From the NCBI RefSeq assembly GCF_037042905.1, contig NC_087261.1, forward strand, positions 7,254,001 through 7,318,000: a DNA stretch of 64,000 nt. The letters run 5' to 3'. A model generated the notes under the pieces. It worked only from the letters and a program-made list of their open reading frames with translations, was not told the DNA's origin and ran no database searches. This document shows, in pieces, positions 57,383 through 64,000 of the stretch. Both the position numbers and the translations under genes were made by a program. Each line of letters begins with the position of its first letter. The first letter of the stretch is position 1. This DNA comes from Lytechinus pictus. Lineage: Eukaryota.

Positions 57383-58624
57383 CAACCGCGTAGCCAGGAT
57401 TTCATTTTGGAGGGGGCGGTAAATGGACGCGAAGCGTGCCAACACTTACAGAGCGCGCGAAGCGCGCTCCCTAGGGGGTGGGTGCAGGGAGAAGCTTTTG
57501 GTGTTTTGGTGTTTCAAAAATTAAAATGAAAAGGAGCCGTCTCTCTTGTCTCTAGTACCTATATCAGCTCCAATTCAGTTGATTATATTGTGATTTTGAA
57601 CCTTGTTTTCATGAACCTTGTATTAAAAAAAGATTGTGAACGCACAAAAAATGAATACAATGGAGGAAATTAAAATAATAATAACCCCGCGCAGAGCAAC
57701 GAAACTCTGAAATTTCAAAGGGCGGACGTTTCATCAAATGCAGATATCTCCAATACCCCATCGGCTCTGATTTAATTAATTTTCTAAGATTATTGAACTT
57801 CATTACACGGAAAATAGTGCGCAAAAAGTTGAAACTTCTGTGATTTATTGAAATTATATAAAAAAAAGGATGCCTAATTTCTTTGAATTATCCTGAAGCG
57901 CTTCATTTTGAATTATAAAGAAACTTAAAAGACATTCAAAATTTCAAACTGAGGGCGAAAAACAGGACATGAGATGAATGCGCAGGGACATGAAGTTTAA
58001 TAGAATTTGAAAAAAAATATTGTACTTTTTTATTTAATACGACACAAATTTTATACCTTCCTCTTTTTAAATTAGGAACCTGTTTGCCCCAAAATGATGG
58101 TTGTTTAGTAATGAGCTGAAAAGCGGAAGAAGTTGCCTTTATGGAGGTGACGGCAGAAATTGATATAAAGATTTTACCCGCTCGGAGCCGACCCGACCAG
58201 AAGTTGCGCGATCAATAAAAAAAAAGATAACTTTATATACTTCGGCCTAACCTTACTCTAATTCTATGTCCTAATGTATACATTTGAACTTTAACTGGCA
58301 AGAAAAACATATTGCTGAGGTGGAAAAACAGGGTTAGAGAAAGGTTGGGGGAAACAATGGAGATCTTCAATATTGTCATTAACCGCGCGCAGCGCGGAAG
58401 CAAAACTCATATATAAATTTAGAGCAAGAGTGAAGAAGTTTCTCTTTTGATAAAAAAAATAAAGAATAAAAAGAAAAAAACACAAAGCTACCTTTCTTCC
58501 CTTTCCTCCCTTCCCTTTTCCTTTTCTCCTCTCTTTTTTTCCCTTCGTTTTTTTTTTTTTTTTTTGGGGGGGGGACGTTTGGGGGGGGGCGACCGCTCCC
58601 ACCGCCCCCCTGGCTACGCGCCTG
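57383..58624. mobile_element. Non-autonomous TIR element with 8-bp TSD GATGTATA (hAT-like)
   Basis: GATGTATA|CAACCGCGTAGCCAGG...CCTGGCTACGCGCCTG|GATGTATA. Confidence 0.8.
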
Positions 58625-59119
58625 GATGTATAATGGGGGGGGGGGGCAATAACAATAATAATAACAATAACATCCAATAATAATAATATTAATAACGTTA
58701 GAAATTGATAATAATAACAGTGATGGTAATAATAATCCACCAAATCCACTCTGTAGTGTGCTAATGAAAAGACACATAGAATCGAAGTACCATTATCCAT
58801 TGCTCATGGTTAGTTTCATATACAAAATAAGAAAATAAATTATATGGAGGCTTTGTCAACATGGTTTCCCAAGTTGTAAAATATTATTATTATTATTATT
58901 TATTCGGCAAATAATATTCAAAAATTTATTTCAATGTAAACAATACAAAATAAGAAATATCAACCAGTGGAACGCCAGGGACAGAAAAAGTTAACTTAAT
59001 TACTGTGGCATGAAGCCTCCTGTCCCGATTCCAATGGTTGATTTACAATATATATTAATAACTAAACAATAATGAAATACTCATAATTATAAAGGGGTGT
59101 AGCATGCGATTAATATTAT

Positions 59120-59294
59120 ACAAATATATCAGGCTTTGAGAAAGTATAGTGGGAATTATTTATCCGAGGTTGGACTGGCAATTACTATTTTTCTCAAGGG
59201 GCGAAGCCCCGAGGGAAAAATAGTTACATTGCCAGTCCAACCGAGGATTAATAATTCCCACTATGCTTTCGAAAGAAACGCCTGATATATTTGT
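59120..59294. repeat. ~175-bp imperfect palindrome centred on GGGGCGAAGCCCC, probably one end of a repeat extending to ~59855
   Basis: Arms acaaatatatcaggc..agtgggaattat..ggttggactggcaat and attgccagtccaacc..ataattcccact..gcctgatatatttgt. Confidence 0.85.
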
Positions 59295-60968
59295 TTTATA
59301 TCCCTCTTTAACTTGTGGGCCTATAGTCCTTGCCGATGTTTAACCGATCTAGGCCAAATCTAACGTTGTTGGACCTCGCACTCAAAATAAATACGTGCAG
59401 TCAAAATTTATGCTCTAAAATTTAGTATCGGATCTTGACTCACCTTGTTAGGTATGTTAATTCCATATTAAAGGATCCTGTATGAATAGCCTTTGGAATA
59501 AGATTTTCTGCATTGTAATCTAGACCCAATTCCACTGTTGTTTTTCAGATTGTCGGTACGATAATTTGGGCGAGAGCTTGTATTTTACTTTATTTACTTT
59601 TTGCGAATGATCGATATCTGGGTCAAGTCAGGGGGCATGCGCAATTCAAAGTTGAGAGAAAATATCGAGCATGAGCATGCGCAGTTCTGCCCATGAAAGT
59701 ATATCGAAAAATATACGGAGCTACAAGAAAACTATACGGAGCTAATTTCAGCGATGTGTTTTCCTATTGAAATTATACTTTGTCACATGATCACGAATTG
59801 ACCAATCGTTTATCTAGAATACTCATGAATATTCATAAGAGGGATATAATAAAATAGATAAATAAATTTAGTTACTTGTAACTGAAAATGAGTGGAAATG
59901 ACAGGGAAAGAGAATAAAGAAAGTTGAATGAAGGTGACAAAAAGAAAGGAAAGGAGAGAGTGGAGAGAGAGAGAGAGGGGTGGGAAAGGAAAAGAAAAAG
60001 TGACACAGGCAAAGGAATTGTGAACGCACCCAAAATGGTACAATAATACTTAAAATACTTAAAATAAGACTTATAAGAACTACGCATATAAATTTATCAT
60101 TTGATAACAATTGATGGGGTTATGACTTTAAAAAGAATATTATAACAAAATGCACGAATAGAGAGAAAAAAACATATCGCTTACTTACCTACTACGAAGA
60201 TTGTGTTGGAAGAATCATGCTAATCAACCTCTTAGTGTTAAACCTGCTTGAAAGTGAGATATTGGATTACTGATAAAGGGAAGAAGACAGTAGAAAAATA
60301 AACTTCAGAAACTGCCATTGATCTCAGAAACATGTGATCCCATAATGAGAAGATGAATTCAGCTTCCTCCTTGAAACAAGTCAATGTTTTAAATTGCTGC
60401 AACAGGTAGCTAACAAAACATTATGAGGAAATGGACAAGAATTTATTCAGCGCCAGTCTACCATTACAATTCTTTACAGAGTCACGATTTATTATTGTTG
60501 AAAACGGCTTTTTGTTTCAAAATTTTTCCTATTGAGTGTTTTCAATGGTTGACATTGTGGCGCTCTTTATGGCACACGATATTCAGTATTTGTCAAGTAT
60601 GTGTTCCTTGTGCAGTTATTTTTTGTCTGCATGCATGTTCCTTTACATGAACTTATTTTTACCCAAAATGGAATTTCAGAATTAGGGGGGGGGGGGATTT
60701 ATTTTGAGAGCGCATCTATTTACCCCCCCCCCCCCACACACACACACCAAACGCTATTTAAAGCACCCGAATTGTTGGCTTAGGGTTCATTTATTGAATT
60801 AAATCTTAAAGATTTTACCCGACGTTTTTAGAGGGATCTTTATTTTATTTTATTCATTTTTTTTTGCTATTCACGAATGAAAAGTGACAAAATTAATGCA
60901 GAAAAATGTCTTGCCAAAGAAAAATAGGTCCTCGGTGGGATTCGATCACACAAACCGACTCCATTATA

Positions 60969-62004
60969 CACTCGGCAAAAAAAGTTCTTGGACACTTATA
61001 AAAGTTAAAATATTCCATATAAATATTTGATTAAAGGTAAATTATTGTATGTCAACATGACCAGACAATATTCCTCTTCCAGTATGACATGACATTTTCA
61101 TGTGAACAGTCATGCATGGGTGGTTAAACGCTTTAAACAATAGCAATGTCAGAAAAAGAAAATTCCAAGAAATGCTCAGTCAGTGCATGGCTGGTTACAG
61201 GCATTGAACAATAGCAATGTCAGTAAAAGAAAATTGCAAGAAGACGATCAGTCATTCTTTCAGTTGTGATAGTTTGTGTGGCATTAATATCCATTAAACG
61301 ATAAAAGCAAACTTAAAGTCAAATACCACTCTAAAAGTGAAGAGAAAGCTATCCACCTTAGATGCATCACTATTCCACTGGAATTTTAAGTCAAAGTTAG
61401 TCGATTAAAAAAATGTCAAATTTCAGTATCTTGGCATAAGCAAAATAAAAGTATCCTTATCCTCCTATCTTCTGCAGGGGTGGTGGGCCTAGGTCGACCA
61501 CTCCTAGGGCGGTCTGTAACTTCATCAGTAGCCAAATACCGCTGGTTCAAATTTAAAATTGGTGAAACCTGGAAATATCGAGCCACTTGTCTAAATGACT
61601 GCCCAGACTGCAACATTCCTATTGCTCTTGCACGCTCTTGGTTGGAAAGCTTCATCTTGAAAGTGAATGTCCAAAGGATCCATCTCATTATGCATCTCAT
61701 GATGCATCCCTAAGCATTTAATTCAAATGATAACTACCTGTTGAAGTTGTTGAATGTATGCCTACAGGATGGCCATGATCATTAGCATTTGAATGGTCCA
61801 TTTCTTACAATTTTCTTTTACTGACATTGCTATTGTTTAAAGCATTTAATCACCCATGCATGACTGTTCACATGAAAATGTCATGTCATAATGGAAGAGG
61901 AATATTGTTTGGTCATGTTGACATACAATAATTTGCCTTTAATCAAATATCTATATGGAATATTTAAACTTTTATAAGTGTCCAATAATTTTTTTTGCCG
62001 AGTG
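60969..62004 (-). mobile_element. Internally deleted Tc1-family transposon with TA TSD and ~200-bp TIRs
   Basis: TA|CACTCGGCAAAAAAA...TTTTTTTGCCGAGTG|TA. Transposase N-terminus 61655-61416 (RARAIGMLQSG..RQVARYFQVS..RSGRPR). No DDE domain. Confidence 0.93.
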
Positions 62005-62107
62005 TACAAAAAAATATATTTCTATTGGTAGGTTGGAGTCGGTTTTCTTTGAGGGACCGGAGCATACTTGTTTTGTTTACACCGCAACTGTAAAGACGTA
62101 TACCAAG

Positions 62108-62788
62108 ATGGCTGAGAAGGACGCCAAGAAGGCTCCTAAGAAGAAACCAGCGACCCATCCGCCTGCTGCTGAGATGGTTATGACAGCAATCAGCGAATTG
62201 AAGGAGCGGAATGGATCTTCGCTCCAGGCATTCAAGAAGTACATCGAGCAGAACTTTGATGTCCAGATGGACCGACAGCTCATTTTCATCAAGAGGGCTC
62301 TGAAGGCTGGTGTGGTGAAGGGCAAACTTACGCAGACAAAGGGTGAAGGTGCTCCGGGGTCATTCAAATTGAATGTGCAAGCAGCCAAGGCACAAGCAGC
62401 GGAGAAGGCCAAGAAGGAGAAAGAGAGGGCCAAACAGCAAGCACAGCGGGAGAAGACAAAGGCGAAATCTGCAGCCCAGAAGGAGAAGAAGGAGAAGGCA
62501 GCCGCCGCTAAGAAGGCAAAGGCAGCACCAAAGAAAGTGAAGAAGCCTGCAAAGAAGACTAAGACCACTGAGAAGAAAGAAAAGAAAAAGACACCAAAGA
62601 AGAAAGTCCCTGCCAAGAAGTCGACACCCAAGAAGGCGACCAAGAAGGCAGTAACCAAGGAGCCAAAGGCTTCGAACCCCAAGAAACCCCAAGAAAAAAT
62701 ATATATATTTACAAAATCTAGAAATTATTGCAACTTTCACGATTGTTGTGAGACCTACCCCTGGGACCACTTATTTCACAGTTACTAG
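62108..62788 (+). pseudogene. H1: Early-embryonic-type histone H1 orphon, probably a pseudogene; H1 homology ends ~62695
   Basis: [52 protein letters not shown] matches echinoid early H1, followed by a K/A/P-rich tail. No neighbouring core histone genes, no 3' stem-loop, and an unrelated C-terminal read-through. Confidence 0.85.
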
Positions 62789-63480
62789 GATACAAATGGG
62801 GGTTGCATTGCATCCAAAAGTTCAATGACTGAAATAAAGAAAAAATAGAAAAATATCACAAAGGAAATGGAAGGGAAAGGGTAAAATGTAATATTTTTTT
62901 TTTTCTTTGTTATGTTAGATTTTCGTTTTTAAGGTTGTATGCATTTTTTCTTGCATGCTCCACTAGCTCGCGGCAATTTTTTGGGGGTGTTTTGTTTTGT
63001 TTTGTTTTTACCCATACGCCATGTTCTGCCCCTCTCTTTTTTTCTCATTATGCGACGATTAACAACTCTGGACTTAATCATTGACGAACAGGACATTAAG
63101 ACATGTTTATTGAATTCGTATATTTTTCAAGATGGGTTAAATAGAGTAAATAACAAAACTATCATTAATCAACCTCAATCGCGAAGGGAATGCTTCTTGG
63201 GTGATAGTACATGTTGCAGGAAGAATACAATTATTCACGCCATCTACGTCAGTCTCGATTGTGAAAAAAGTTTCTGAAGCATAATTCACATTGTCTGAAT
63301 AAAAACTTGAATGATTTATTATGAAAAATCAAGTGACGAATACTTATCTATAGCTTGATGCCATGGGATCGCTGATGTTAGCACGTAAATGTGTGCTACG
63401 ATACGGAAGGGGGCAAATTAAGAGCATCGCGCCCTCTCTCTCCCTTGTTCTCTCTTTTAATCACACACACTAATAAGCCC

Positions 63481-63763
63481 CAGAAGCGGATCTAGAGGGG
63501 GGGTTGGGGGGGTTGCAACCCCCCCCCCAAAAAAAAAAATCCGGGGACCATTTTTTTAAATCTGATCTTTTTTTTTAAACTTGTAATGCAAGAAAACGTC
63601 ATTTTCACACACAGATTTTCAAAAATTATCCCTACTGTGGGAGGGGGGACACCCCCCTCCCACACCCTCCCCCCTCGCTCGCTCCGCTCGCTTGGACTCG
63701 GTCGCTACGCTCCCTCGCATACCACCCCAACCCCCCCTTTATAAAAAGCTGGATCCGCCCCTG
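63481..63763. mobile_element. Short TIR element of the CAGGGGCGGATCCAG family
   Basis: CAGAAGCGGATCTAG...CTGGATCCGCCCCTG, flanked by AGCCC on both sides. Confidence 0.72.
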
Positions 63764-63879
63764 AGCCCTCACATGCGCATCTTCACACACCCCCTCTAAC
63801 ACATACCCACCCTATCCTAACACACCTTTCTTTTAACAAACAAGTACACTAGTAAGCAATAATGCGTACGTACATCATT

Positions 63880-64000
63880 TTGATGCAATTGAATGCAGGA
63901 TAAAAGAACATTAATTGTCGATTAAATGCTTTGCTCATAGGTGCCGCGGCCGAGGATCGAACCCCGGACTTTCAAAGTAAAATCAGGCGCCTTAGACCAC
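63880..64000 (-). mobile_element. Second copy of the tRNA-like SINE seen at 32841 (runs off the window)
   Basis: Reverse complement matches 32855-32949. Confidence 0.7.

Overview
AT-rich, intron-containing animal genomic DNA, almost certainly sea urchin: the isolated histone H1 is of the echinoid early-embryonic type and the repeats fit. Left to right: (1) two tandem regucalcin/SMP-30 paralogues on + (the first lacks exon 1, which is upstream of the window; the second is complete, 6 exons, 298 aa); (2) a duplicated head-to-head cassette of a 2-exon gene for a 195-aa signal-peptide-bearing permuted papain-like (PPPDE/NlpC-P60) protein (-) and an intronless GT10 alpha-1,3-fucosyltransferase (+). 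Copy A is ~20.8-30.3 kb. Copy B is ~32.9-51.4 kb and is expanded by a LINE fragment, a full-length 5.8-kb Gypsy LTR element with CG..CG ends and a 3-bp TSD (Troyka type), and a 2-kb tandem duplication of the FucT 3' end; (3) a Ser/Thr-rich mucin-like gene on - with an in-frame stop; (4) a deleted Tc1 element and a truncated early histone H1 orphon. Many MITEs (Kolobok-, piggyBac-, Harbinger- and hAT-like), tRNA-derived SINEs and LINE fragments lie between the genes. All coordinates and identities were read by eye and no database searches were run.
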